DNA of 64,000 bases from a virus: IMG/VR virus record IMGVR_UViG_3300030331_006276; one strand, 5' to 3'. Within the stretch, counting starts at the first letter, position 1. The number at the start of each line of letters is the position of its first letter. Shown here piece after piece: positions 8,983 through 17,868 of the stretch. The notes below the pieces were generated by a model that did not search any database, had not been told where the DNA came from, and saw only the letters and a list, made by a program, of their open reading frames with translations. A program made the translations under genes and the position numbers.

Positions 8983-9053
8983 TTTTCGAATTTTTTTGCC
9001 GGGCCCCTACGAGGGTTTTAACTGCTTTATTATATACTAGGGAACTCATATCT

Positions 9054-9305
9054 CTACTGTGAAGAAGGAAAGCGGTTGCCTGGGCGGCCTCTTCGTTTAT
9101 CCTGACTGTAGAGCTCATCAAGATATTCATTTCGAGATATTCCGCGCTGATCAGCTTCATATTCTATGAGAACCATTTCCTCGAGATTCTTAAGTGTTCT
9201 TTTAAGATTATTCTTAAAGTTACCAGGTGTTTCGGACTGCTGGTGAGTCCAGGCATAAAAATAATCTACGAGATTGCGCATTGAATAAGGATTTTTCTTT
9301 TCCAT
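9054..9305 (-). CDS. Hypothetical protein
   Basis: TAAATA lies 6 nt upstream. Confidence 0.6.
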   Translation of the reverse strand: MEKKNPYSMRNLVDYFYAWTHQQSETPGNFKNNLKRTLKNLEEMVLIEYEADQRGISRNEYLDELYSQDKRRGRPGNRFPSSQ

Positions 9306-9313
9306 AATACTAT

Positions 9314-9559
9314 TTAATCCAGAACAGTAACTTGCGATACACTCAATATAAACGTTTCATCGTGCACTGCTTTAAAGATTCCAATCTCTCTTTGATCAGC
9401 TTGTCTATCGTAGACGTCTTTGTTTCGGAGGTAGAATTCTTCGCATTCTTCTGCAGAGTTAAACATCGGGGAATGAGCTAACCTAGTCCAATAATCTTTA
9501 TAAATAGAGCCTTCGACTCCGCTGATCTTGTATTTAAGAATATAATATTCTCTTCTCAT
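9314..9559 (-). CDS. Hypothetical protein
   Basis: 81-aa ORF in a tight minus-strand run. Confidence 0.6.
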   Translation of the reverse strand: MRREYYILKYKISGVEGSIYKDYWTRLAHSPMFNSAEECEEFYLRNKDVYDRQADQREIGIFKAVHDETFILSVSQVTVLD

Positions 9560-9563
9560 ATCA

Positions 9564-9884
9564 CTAACATTTAACGCCTGCCATGGCAGAACCTTGAGTA
9601 AGAAAGAGCTCAGGACTTACTTTATAAACCCATCTGCGTCCTACTTTTTCTCTACTTCCTCCGAGAAGTAAAACAGATCTATAGATATGACGGTTCATTC
9701 TATCGTTAAAGCTATCCCAGTTCCAACTTACAGAAGGCTTTTCCTTCCTATAAAGCTTATCAAGATAACTCCTGTCAAGCAATTTATTATTAACATCAGT
9801 AGAGTTAAACTCTCCTCCGTTTACAAAAGCAATGCGCTTAAGTTGCTCTCCAAGATACTCATCAAACTTCCATTTCTTTGCCAT
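9564..9884 (-). CDS. Early hypothetical protein
   Basis: ATG lies 6 nt after the motif. Confidence 0.75.
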   Translation of the reverse strand: MAKKWKFDEYLGEQLKRIAFVNGGEFNSTDVNNKLLDRSYLDKLYRKEKPSVSWNWDSFNDRMNRHIYRSVLLLGGSREKVGRRWVYKVSPELFLTQGSAMAGVKC

Positions 9885-9905
9885 ACTATTATTATATTAG
9901 AGTTC

Positions 9906-10106
9906 CTATTGATGTACTAGAGTAAATGCAACTCGATCTTCTCCTGGAATCGCTTGAATATCGGCATCAATGATTGGTACTTGAACTTCTTCTCCATCCA
10001 TAGTTCCGCAAGTTCCAATCTTTCCGATAATTATCTCAGAAAAATCATTAACGTAATTATGCTTCTCAAAGAATTTGATATGCTCTTTTAGCTCACCTAA
10101 TCTCAT
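9906..10106 (-). CDS. Early hypothetical protein
   Basis: ATG lies 6 nt after the motif. Confidence 0.75.
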   Translation of the reverse strand: MRLGELKEHIKFFEKHNYVNDFSEIIIGKIGTCGTMDGEEVQVPIIDADIQAIPGEDRVAFTLVHQ

Positions 10107-10131
10107 ACTATTATTATATCTAAGTTCCTTA

Positions 10132-10323
10132 CTCCCACCTAGCCTCTCCCTTTCGGGTTGTAGGCGTGAAGATTTTGACGCCTCGTTAATTGCTAGGAGC
10201 AGACCTGGGCAGGATTCGAACCTGCATTCCTTCTATAGACGCACCGGTGCGCGCATCGCGGCGTATGGTACCGTTCGCCGCTTGGTTTTTTACAGAAGGT
10301 CTTCCCTATTAGATGACCGGGTC
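10132..10323 (-). ncRNA. tRNA-like structured RNA with 53-nt insert at the anticodon loop and a 3' multibranch domain
   Basis: Acceptor-like GACCCGG/CCAGGTC, D-like arm, TTCTGTA/TATAGAA stem and a canonical GCAGG-TTCGAAT-CCTGC T-arm. It has its own promoter at 10339-10355. Confidence 0.7.
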
Positions 10324-10344
10324 ATATTTTATTCTTATATTATA

Positions 10345-10539
10345 TCAGAGTTCGTATGCTTCTTCTTCTTCTGATTTCCAATAAAGGTTGTTCCAGTATT
10401 TCGGATCAGAAGATTCAGATTGAACTAAACTAATTATCCTATTAATTATTGCATTTCTAGCAATATCAGAATCAAGATTAACATCATTGAAATCCTTCAA
10501 TACATCATGCATTTTATCTCGTATATTTCTATGCTTCAT
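10345..10539 (-). CDS. Hypothetical protein
   Basis: 64-aa ORF with an ATGA overlap. Confidence 0.6.
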   Translation of the reverse strand: MKHRNIRDKMHDVLKDFNDVNLDSDIARNAIINRIISLVQSESSDPKYWNNLYWKSEEEEAYEL

Positions 10540-10748
10540 GATAGATAATTATCTATTGTTTCGTTATGAATAGCTCTAAGATCACCTTCAAGCTCAATTA
10601 AAAAATCTAACAAATGCTCTTCAAAATCGTAAATGTCTCCGCCTCTCCCGATGATTTCATCTAAGCTTTTATTTACAATATCTCCGTAACCATCAGTCGA
10701 TATCGTCGAATCCTCCTCCGAATCGTTTCCATGGTTGACGGCAGACAT
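10536..10748 (-). CDS. Hypothetical protein
   Basis: Acidic 70-aa ORF. Start is uncertain. Confidence 0.45.
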   Translation of the reverse strand: MSAVNHGNDSEEDSTISTDGYGDIVNKSLDEIIGRGGDIYDFEEHLLDFLIELEGDLRAIHNETIDNYLS

Positions 10749-10792
10749 GAACTAATAAAGTAAAGGTTAAAAGTAATAAGAACAATAGCATA

Positions 10793-11008
10793 TTATCGAT
10801 ACTCCTTTCGGTCTCCATGAAATGCAGCATCATCCCATCCAAGCTTATAAGCTTCAACTTCCTCTTCAGTCATATTACTCTCTTCAACTTTAGCAGAGTT
10901 ATAAGTATCACCAATATAATAATGTGGAGCGTAAGGTCTGCTATAATAATAATCAGCACTTCCCCTATCAAAGGCTCCACCATGTCTTGTATGTATCTTC
11001 TTCGGCAT
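10793..11008 (-). CDS. Conserved-type phage hypothetical protein
   Basis: RHGGAFDRGSADYYY..PHYY...Y..GW pattern. ATG lies 6 nt after the motif. Confidence 0.75.
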   Translation of the reverse strand: MPKKIHTRHGGAFDRGSADYYYSRPYAPHYYIGDTYNSAKVEESNMTEEEVEAYKLGWDDAAFHGDRKEYR

Positions 11009-11031
11009 ATCTTTATTATATCAGAGTTCCT

Positions 11032-11223
11032 TTAGTTGTTGTAATATTCTCCAACAGCTTTGTAATGATCAACTACTTCTTTCTCCGTGATTGTTGCTAG
11101 CATTCCACTCTTCATAAGGTTGCTATGAACAACATGCGCTTGCTTATATCCAACAGGTCCAACTTGACCTAGTGGTTGAAAGCTCGTACTAAAAATCTCT
11201 ACAATATATTCTTTATTTGACAT
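11032..11223 (-). CDS. Early hypothetical protein
   Basis: Start MSNKEY lies 6 nt after the motif. Confidence 0.7.
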   Translation of the reverse strand: MSNKEYIVEIFSTSFQPLGQVGPVGYKQAHVVHSNLMKSGMLATITEKEVVDHYKAVGEYYNN

Positions 11224-11340
11224 ATCTTTATTATAGCTTAGTTCCTTATTAGCCTGTTGCGCAAAGTGCAATAACTACAACAACAAGAAACACTAAACAA
11301 CCAAATGTTACAGTTTCGAAAAACTCTCGATCTCGTTTTT

Positions 11341-11556
11341 TCATGCTACAGAAGCGGGGTAAAGTTCATTCCAGTCTTCAGGAGATATTCCTGACATGAG
11401 AAACTCTCTTTCATCAACACTAAGATATGGAAGAGCATCTTGAATATTTGTTTCTCTTTTCTGCCATCTAACGTAATCGTTAGGATTCATCTTAATCTCC
11501 ATCGTATTGACTTTTCCAGTCAACGGAGAAGTTTTTTCGATCTCATACACTTGCAT
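11341..11556 (-). CDS. Conserved-type phage hypothetical protein
   Basis: SPLTGKVNTM...IQDALPYLSVDEREFLMSG pattern. Promoter motif upstream. Confidence 0.75.
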   Translation of the reverse strand: MQVYEIEKTSPLTGKVNTMEIKMNPNDYVRWQKRETNIQDALPYLSVDEREFLMSGISPEDWNELYPASVA

Positions 11557-11578
11557 ATCTTAATTATAGCTAGGTTCC

Positions 11579-11941
11579 TTATGAATGTGGAGGGTCAGGT
11601 ACTATGATTGGATCTGGTGGAGGTATGAGTTCGAGTTGAATTTCTTCCTTTTCAATATCTTTACAGCTTGCCATTAACAATGCTGCAGCGCCTACTCCTG
11701 CTCCTGACATCCAGCTTAATGAACCTTTAGGAGCTCTTTTCTGAACATCATGTTTCATCTCCATGTAACTCTCTTGATGATATCCTCTTTCAAGTTCGAT
11801 ACAACGCTTCAATGTTAGAGGTATATAGTCACCTACGATGAAATGGGTTCCTACTAGCGTCTTGCCAATATCAAAATGACCTTTGTAAATCTCTCGATAC
11901 CACCCTAACCTAATACAAAGTCTATGTAGTTTGTTTTTCAT
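11579..11941 (-). CDS. Hypothetical protein
   Basis: 120-aa ORF with a Pro-rich end. Confidence 0.55.
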   Translation of the reverse strand: MKNKLHRLCIRLGWYREIYKGHFDIGKTLVGTHFIVGDYIPLTLKRCIELERGYHQESYMEMKHDVQKRAPKGSLSWMSGAGVGAAALLMASCKDIEKEEIQLELIPPPDPIIVPDPPHS

Positions 11942-12017
11942 AAAAATATGAGCAGTTTAGTTTATAAGGTACATGCTTAGGTCCTTTTATTTATTGTTGT
12001 TGTTGGAATATTGTAAA

Positions 12018-12278
12018 TTAATTATAGCTAAGTTCTTTTTTCTCTCTTCTCTTTTCTTTTCGTTTTATCTTTTCAACGTCCTCTTTTATCGTTTTTCTGA
12101 GCTCTTTACACATATCGTAAAGTTTAGGAAGATAGACGATATCGTCATCCATATATTTTACTCCGTTTTCAAGATAAGCTAATAGTAAATCTTGAAGAAA
12201 GAAATGAGCATCTCCAATATAGCCTCCTAAAGCTAATCGTTCAGCTCTATTTGCATGTCTTTTACTTTTTCTTACCAT
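12018..12278 (-). CDS. Hypothetical protein
   Basis: Ends KELSYN, which is the promoter motif embedded in the 3' end. Confidence 0.6.
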   Translation of the reverse strand: MVRKSKRHANRAERLALGGYIGDAHFFLQDLLLAYLENGVKYMDDDIVYLPKLYDMCKELRKTIKEDVEKIKRKEKRREKKELSYN

Positions 12279-12442
12279 TTTATGCGACAGTTATATTGCG
12301 GTACATCACGATAAAGCTGTCTGCGCTTTTCTCTTTGCTTTCGCTCCCATTCTCCTTCTTTATGATAAAGATTAGTATAGGATCCTTCAGTTACACGTTT
12401 AATCGTATTTGATCTGATTGCTTGTTTTGCATGCTTACCCAT
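12272..12442 (-). CDS. Basic early hypothetical protein
   Basis: Start MGKHAK lies 7 nt after the motif. Confidence 0.65.
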   Translation of the reverse strand: MGKHAKQAIRSNTIKRVTEGSYTNLYHKEGEWERKQREKRRQLYRDVPQYNCRIKW

Positions 12443-12464
12443 AATGCTTATTATAATAGAGTTC

Positions 12465-12896
12465 CTATGTTTGGTTATACTTTTTATTAGATTCTTTGAG
12501 TAGTAAAAGATGCCACGTTCCATCAGGCCAAGTGTTAGGTAAACTTACCTTTTTGTCGCTTTTAGGTTTAGGAAGTTTTGTTGACTTCTTTGTTACTTTC
12601 CACACTCTAAGCTTTGTATCTGTAATAGCTTGTTTAACTTCTCTTCTAGTAATATTATCTAAAGGTGAAATAAAGATAAGCTCGTGCCACCCATTTTTCC
12701 TTTCCTTTACCTTAATTCCATTAGCCTGAAACTCTTTTTTAAATAACGGCTCGAGAACAGGTAGATGTTTTTCTTGTTCTAGTTCTGAAACTACAACAGT
12801 ATACTCTCGCATATTAGCATGAACGGGAATAGACAATGCTGCAGTTAGTAGTAGTACTGTTAATGATGTTAGCAATGGTATGTTTGTCGTTTTCAT
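12465..12896 (-). CDS. Secreted hypothetical protein
   Basis: Start MKTTNIP lies 6 nt after TATAAT. Signal-peptide-like segment LLLTAALSIPVHA. Confidence 0.65.
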   Translation of the reverse strand: MKTTNIPLLTSLTVLLLTAALSIPVHANMREYTVVVSELEQEKHLPVLEPLFKKEFQANGIKVKERKNGWHELIFISPLDNITRREVKQAITDTKLRVWKVTKKSTKLPKPKSDKKVSLPNTWPDGTWHLLLLKESNKKYNQT

Positions 12897-12911
12897 ATTA
12901 TTATTATAGAA

Positions 12912-13088
12912 AGTCTTCAGGAGATGTCCACCGTGCCACATGGATTAAGCGTCAAGGCACTGGCCGACTCGTAAGTCAATCTCGCCATCTCCACGCTAGA
13001 ATTCTCTGAGGGCTCTAGACTGGACCCACCTTCCTTGATTATTTTATGACTTATGGAAGGCTTAACCGTGTTTATACTCACTTGTCAG
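12912..13088 (-). ncRNA. Candidate structured ncRNA
   Basis: Lies downstream of promoter 13094-13110 with no nearby ATG. Several nested stems seen by eye. Confidence 0.4.
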
Positions 13089-13379
13089 ATACTATTATAT
13101 GCTAGTTCCTTTTGTTTTTCTCTCTTCTAAGTAAGAAAAAGCCAAATTAAGTATTATCATACTACTCGATATTGCATAAAGTAAAAGACTATGAAATACA
13201 ATCGATAGTAAAAAAAGAGTCTGTCCAAGCCCAGCTAATGTCATTAATGAAATTCAATACCTCCGTCGTTCCAAAATATATCCATTTCTAGTTCAGGCCA
13301 GTTTTCTTCCATCCATTTAGATTCACTAGACCACCAAACTATTAATAATATGATTATTATTATTAAAAATAGATGAAAT

Positions 13380-13709
13380 TTACTCATACCGCTTTCCGTC
13401 AAATACGCATACAAAATAAAGAGGATACTCTTCTGTATTCTTTACCTTATGAAACACACCATCTGGAATTAAAACAGTTTCCCCGCCTGTAACCGGAAAC
13501 GTTTCATCGCCTAAAGTCATTTCTCCATGCCCATAGTGGAAGAAATAAACTTCTTCTTGCCCATCATGACTGTGACCTCTAGTTTCTTTACCTGGTAGCA
13601 GGAGCGTACTACTAACTACAAGATTGTTAAGAAGTTTGTTATCTCTGAGTAGATAAGTTTCATTATCCTTAACTATTTCTCCGCCAATATTATTAGTGGG
13701 TACTTTCAT
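13380..13709 (-). CDS. Cupin-domain protein
   Basis: GHSHDGQEEVYFF..G.G and VLIPDGVFHKVKN motifs. Confidence 0.85.
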   Translation of the reverse strand: MKVPTNNIGGEIVKDNETYLLRDNKLLNNLVVSSTLLLPGKETRGHSHDGQEEVYFFHYGHGEMTLGDETFPVTGGETVLIPDGVFHKVKNTEEYPLYFVCVFDGKRYE

Positions 13710-13747
13710 ATATTTAATATATGGTGGTTCTCTTAAATATCAACTAA

Positions 13748-13942
13748 TTATTCTATACGCCAAATTTTATTCATTGCCATAAATGGCTTACCTGCAAAGA
13801 TTATACCAGCTACTAATTTATTTAAATTATTATCACTTAATGTCTCTAAAACTTCTTTAATTGTACGTATTTGTTCTTCACTTGCGGAGGATTTTTCTGT
13901 AAAAAAATTAATTAACTTGTCAATTTTTTCCTCCTTATTCAT
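13748..13942 (-). CDS. Hypothetical protein
   Basis: TAAATA lies 5 nt upstream. Confidence 0.6.
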   Translation of the reverse strand: MNKEEKIDKLINFFTEKSSASEEQIRTIKEVLETLSDNNLNKLVAGIIFAGKPFMAMNKIWRIE

Positions 13943-13950
13943 ACAATTAT

Positions 13951-14316
13951 TTAATTCTTAGCCATATAATATTCTTTAAAAGATCTTAAGGTTTTTGGTA
14001 TTTCTTCATCAGAAATAGCTCTATAAATTTGATTAGCTATTTGTTTATGTCTTTTTTTAGATAAGCTAGGATTTTGATAATAAACTTTCATATAAATACC
14101 ATTCTTAGTAAATTTTTTACCTTTTTCAACCTTCACTTTATAATCTTTTCCTTTATAAACTTTTACCTTATCTGATTTTTCCTCTTCGTTCTCTTTCTTT
14201 TTACCGGCTTTACTAAGAGCTATAGCTACAGCTTGATCTTGAGGATAACCTTCATCACGTAACTTACTAATGTTACTTCCTATAGTCTTTTGGGATGAAC
14301 CTCTTTTTAATGGCAT
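13951..14316 (-). CDS. Basic hypothetical protein (MPLKxGSSQKTI-type)
   Basis: [33 protein letters not shown] is a pattern common in phages. Start lies 5 nt after TAAATA. Confidence 0.7.
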   Translation of the reverse strand: MPLKRGSSQKTIGSNISKLRDEGYPQDQAVAIALSKAGKKKENEEEKSDKVKVYKGKDYKVKVEKGKKFTKNGIYMKVYYQNPSLSKKRHKQIANQIYRAISDEEIPKTLRSFKEYYMAKN

Positions 14317-14332
14317 ACTATTATTTATGTTA

Positions 14333-14527
14333 CTAGTCAGAATATTTTGGATCAAGTCCTTCTCGTTCACGTTTAGCAATTTGCACCATACAAATACCAG
14401 TAGCTCCGAGTACTGGGACTATTGTTGCAAGAAGAAAAAATATTGACCACCCTGCAGCGTCGCCTCCCCCTTCTTGAAAAGACTTTGCACATGTGGTGCA
14501 TGCAGAATAAAGAGATTGATGAAACAT
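14333..14527 (-). CDS. Small CxxC plus single-TM protein
   Basis: ACTTCA...[14 protein letters not shown] followed by a TM helix. Confidence 0.6.
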   Translation of the reverse strand: MFHQSLYSACTTCAKSFQEGGGDAAGWSIFFLLATIVPVLGATGICMVQIAKREREGLDPKYSD

Positions 14528-14540
14528 AGATTAGCGATGT

Positions 14541-15962
14541 TTAAGTTATAATTTCTGTAATAGCATCTGCACCTTCAACTCCTACTAGCTTTTCATCTAA
14601 TCCATTATGAAAATAACTTAATACATTAGGATCTAAACCTAATTGAGTTAAGATAGTAGCATGAAGATTTTTAACTAAAAGAGGCTTCTCTACAGCTGCG
14701 CTTCCTAATTCATCAGTACTTCCAACACTAGCTCCTCCCTTTATTCCTCCTCCTGCCATCCACATAGTAAAGCCCATTGAGTTATGATCTCTTCCTGTAC
14801 CCTTAGCATATTCTGCTGTAGGTTGTCTTCCAAACTCCCCTCCCCAAACTACGATAGTTTCTTCTAATAACCCTCTTTGCTTTAAATCTTTGAGTAATCC
14901 TGCAATAGGTTTGTCAGTTCTACCAGCATGATAATCATGATTCTTTTTTAAGTCTCCATGAGCATCCCAGTTAGAATCATTATGAGCTCCTCCCGAATAA
15001 ACTTGAATAAATCTAACTCCTCTTTCAACTAGTCTTCGTGATAGAATCAACTTACGAGCAAACTCTTCAGTTCTATCATCGTTAAGTCCATACAAGTCTT
15101 TTATATGTTCTGGTTCTTTATCGACATCAATAGCCTCAGGAGCTTCTGTCTGCATTTTAAATGCTAATTCATAGCTGCTTATCCTTGAAGATAGATCTGT
15201 ATTATCTTTTCTATCAGCTAAGTGAATACCGTTTAAATGATTAAGTGAGTTAATAATAGTCCTTTGCTGCCCTCTAGATATACCGTAAGGATTTTTTAAA
15301 TTTAGAATGGGGTCTCCTTCTGATCTAAATACAGTACCAGCATAACTAGCTGGCATATAACCTGAAGTCCAGTTCTTAGCACCTGAAATAGGTCCTCCAG
15401 ACTTATCAAGCATTACCACATAACCTGGTAGACCTTCATTAAATGAACCTAAGCCATAATTAACCCATGAACCAAGAGAAGGTTTACCGCTTATTAGTGA
15501 TCCGCTATTCATCATAAGCATAGCTGATCCGTGAATAGGAGAGTCAGCTTCCATTGAATGAATAAAAGCTATATCATCTGCCATTGAACCTACTTCAGGA
15601 AAGAGATCAGATATCATCTTTCCGCTTTGCCCGTACGGTTTAAAGCCCCATTTAGGCCCAACTACCCTACCTTGATTTTTCTTTCCTCCTCTTCCAAACG
15701 TTTTAACATCAATAGTCTTATCATTTAACTCATACAGTTTAGGTTTATAATCAAATGTATCAACGTGACTAGGTCCGCCATACATAAAAAGAAAGATAAC
15801 AGACTTAGCTTTGCCTGGAATCATTTTCGATTTAGGGGCAAGAGGATTACTATATCCATCTTGTGCTAACATTCCCGCTAAAGCTAAACTAGGAAAAGCT
15901 CCTCCAACTGTATGAAGAAACTCTCTTCTAGTTTGACCGCAGAAGGTATTCTTTGGATTCAT
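14541..15962 (-). CDS. DUF1501 domain-containing protein (Tat signal)
   Basis: TRREFL, AKSVIFLFMYGGPSHVDTFDYKP, RRLVERGVRFIQ, WDAH, GEFGR and GRDH motifs. Confidence 0.92.
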   Translation of the reverse strand: MNPKNTFCGQTRREFLHTVGGAFPSLALAGMLAQDGYSNPLAPKSKMIPGKAKSVIFLFMYGGPSHVDTFDYKPKLYELNDKTIDVKTFGRGGKKNQGRVVGPKWGFKPYGQSGKMISDLFPEVGSMADDIAFIHSMEADSPIHGSAMLMMNSGSLISGKPSLGSWVNYGLGSFNEGLPGYVVMLDKSGGPISGAKNWTSGYMPASYAGTVFRSEGDPILNLKNPYGISRGQQRTIINSLNHLNGIHLADRKDNTDLSSRISSYELAFKMQTEAPEAIDVDKEPEHIKDLYGLNDDRTEEFARKLILSRRLVERGVRFIQVYSGGAHNDSNWDAHGDLKKNHDYHAGRTDKPIAGLLKDLKQRGLLEETIVVWGGEFGRQPTAEYAKGTGRDHNSMGFTMWMAGGGIKGGASVGSTDELGSAAVEKPLLVKNLHATILTQLGLDPNVLSYFHNGLDEKLVGVEGADAITEIIT

Positions 15963-16315
15963 CGCTTTCCTCCGTGATACTCTACAGCATGGCCCTCCTC
16001 TAGAAGCATTTGATTAGCGTTCTTTTTTCCATCAGAACTTACTAACTCTCCAAGTAATCTACCAAACTTACCTTTTTTATCAATAGATGTTCTAATGATA
16101 AACTTGTCACCCCATGACGCTAAGATATCAAATAGTCTTTCTTTAGCTGCTAACCCTTTTGCTTTCTCTTCTAAATCTCTTGTTCTGCATTCAGGAGTGT
16201 TGATACCTTTTAATCTAACTCTCTCTTTAATGTGCATTTTGAATCCACAATCTATAGTTACGTCAACAGTATCACCATCAACTACTCTCCTTAACTCTGC
16301 AAAGTATTCGTACAT
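15959..16315 (-). CDS. Thermonuclease/SNase-like nuclease
   Basis: RVVDGDTVDV, RVRLKGINTPE and KFGRLLG motifs. Confidence 0.88.
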   Translation of the reverse strand: MYEYFAELRRVVDGDTVDVTIDCGFKMHIKERVRLKGINTPECRTRDLEEKAKGLAAKERLFDILASWGDKFIIRTSIDKKGKFGRLLGELVSSDGKKNANQMLLEEGHAVEYHGGKR

Positions 16316-16461
16316 AATTATATTTATTTAATCTTAAAACGGTCCACATCCAAGGGCTATAGTACCGAATACCATTGCTGCAACTACGCTACCAATTGCT
16401 GCAATAGTAATTAAAGCTGCTAAGATACAAATACTAATTAGTTTAATTGCATTCAACATAA

Positions 16462-16692
16462 TTAGTAACGACAATGACGTCGTGTTGGTCTCCAGTTACC
16501 GCCATATCTCATCCAATCTGGACGAACATCATAATGATAATATCTCGTAGCGCGGTAAATAGCAGGTTGATGTAAAGGCCTATAAGTAGGATAACTAACA
16601 GCACTTACTCCAAAGCTTGCACTATCAAGCGTACAGGAAGAAAGTGAAACTGCTGCTAATACTACTAAAAAGATAGATTTTATTTTTTTCAT
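16462..16692 (-). CDS. Putative lipoprotein
   Basis: Lipobox-like LAAVSLSSC after a basic N-terminus. Confidence 0.6.
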   Translation of the reverse strand: MKKIKSIFLVVLAAVSLSSCTLDSASFGVSAVSYPTYRPLHQPAIYRATRYYHYDVRPDWMRYGGNWRPTRRHCRY

Positions 16693-16719
16693 CTTTATTA
16701 CTTATTGTAGTTTAGTTCG

Positions 16720-17868
16720 TTATGATTTAGTATTGAACATTTCAAGTTTTTGTAATCTTAAAGGATTAGTAAGCTTACGAATAGCTTTAGCTTCTATCTG
16801 TCTAATTCTTTCTCTCGTTACTTCAAATCTATCTCCTACTTCCTCTAGAGTTCTCCTTACACCGTCTAACATTCCAAATCGCATCTCCATAACACCCATT
16901 TCACGATCATTGAGAGACGATACAGCATCAGCAATTTTCTCTCTCATACCATCAAGAGCTTCAATATCAACTCCTTGATATTCTTTTTCATCTTCAATAA
17001 AGTCAGCAATAGTTGTATTACCATCACCAACTGGCGTTTGCAATGAAATAGGATGCATTGCAACTTTAAGTATAGTCTTAACACGACTTACAGGTAAATC
17101 GATTTCTTCAGCAATTTCTTCTGGACTAGGCTCACAACCCCCAGCTTGAACTAACTGTCTTTGAATCCTAAATACTTTATTAATAGTATCAATCATATGC
17201 ATAGGTACGCGAATAGTTCTCCCCGTTTCACCTACACATTTAGTAATCGCTTGACGTATCCACCACGTAGCATAAGTAGAAAACTTATAACCACGTTTAT
17301 ATTCGAATTTTTCAACAGCTTTAATTAATCCAAGATTACCTTCTTGAATAAGATCTAGCAAAGCTACACCTCTATTCGTATATTTCTTTGCATTAGCAAC
17401 TACTAATCTTAGGTTAGCTTTAACCATTTCATCTTTTGCAATTCGTAATTCGCGAAGAGTTTTAATCATTAGAGGCATTCCTTCTTTAGCAATATCTTCA
17501 CACCAGCTATCGATAATTGATTGCTTCAAGTAAAATCGCTTATATAAAGTTTTAAGCTTCGAAATAGAATTTCCCTTCTTCGTTAGCGTAGCAACTAGCT
17601 TAGGAAGCCCTTTCATAAACTTTTCCTTAGAATCACTATCAATAGTATCTTCGAATCTTTGTTTACCTTCAATTAGATCGCAACCCAATCGATTAAAGAG
17701 CATTAAAGTATTATCTACTTTACAAAGAATATTAAACGCTTTTTTCTGAGATTTTTCAATTCTTTTAAATATCTCTACTTCTTGCTCTTTAGTTAAAAGC
17801 TCCGTCTGACCCATTTGCTTCATATAGGCGCGTATCGGATCATCTACGCGTTCATTTATTTTAGGCAT
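16720..17868 (-). CDS. rpoD: RpoD-like sigma70 factor (regions 1.2-4, no region 1.1)
   Basis: DDPIRAYM, ANLRLVV..AKKY, DLIQEGNLGL.KAVEKFEY.RGYKFSTYATWWIRQAIT and TLEEVG..F.VTRERIRQIE motifs. Start lies 6 nt after the promoter motif. Confidence 0.93.
   Translation of the reverse strand: MPKINERVDDPIRAYMKQMGQTELLTKEQEVEIFKRIEKSQKKAFNILCKVDNTLMLFNRLGCDLIEGKQRFEDTIDSDSKEKFMKGLPKLVATLTKKGNSISKLKTLYKRFYLKQSIIDSWCEDIAKEGMPLMIKTLRELRIAKDEMVKANLRLVVANAKKYTNRGVALLDLIQEGNLGLIKAVEKFEYKRGYKFSTYATWWIRQAITKCVGETGRTIRVPMHMIDTINKVFRIQRQLVQAGGCEPSPEEIAEEIDLPVSRVKTILKVAMHPISLQTPVGDGNTTIADFIEDEKEYQGVDIEALDGMREKIADAVSSLNDREMGVMEMRFGMLDGVRRTLEEVGDRFEVTRERIRQIEAKAIRKLTNPLRLQKLEMFNTKS

Noticed and set aside
10201-10323. 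tmRNA or tRNA-Sec interpretation of the tRNA-like element
   Set aside because: It is only 123 nt, has no G3:U70 pair and no tag ORF with a stop in the insert. It also has no UCA anticodon or long variable arm.
7165-13110. CRISPR array or integron attC array
   Set aside because: The repeats are 17-bp promoter-like motifs with variable centres, separated by whole ORFs of unequal length. No cas or integrase gene and no attC dyad structure were seen.
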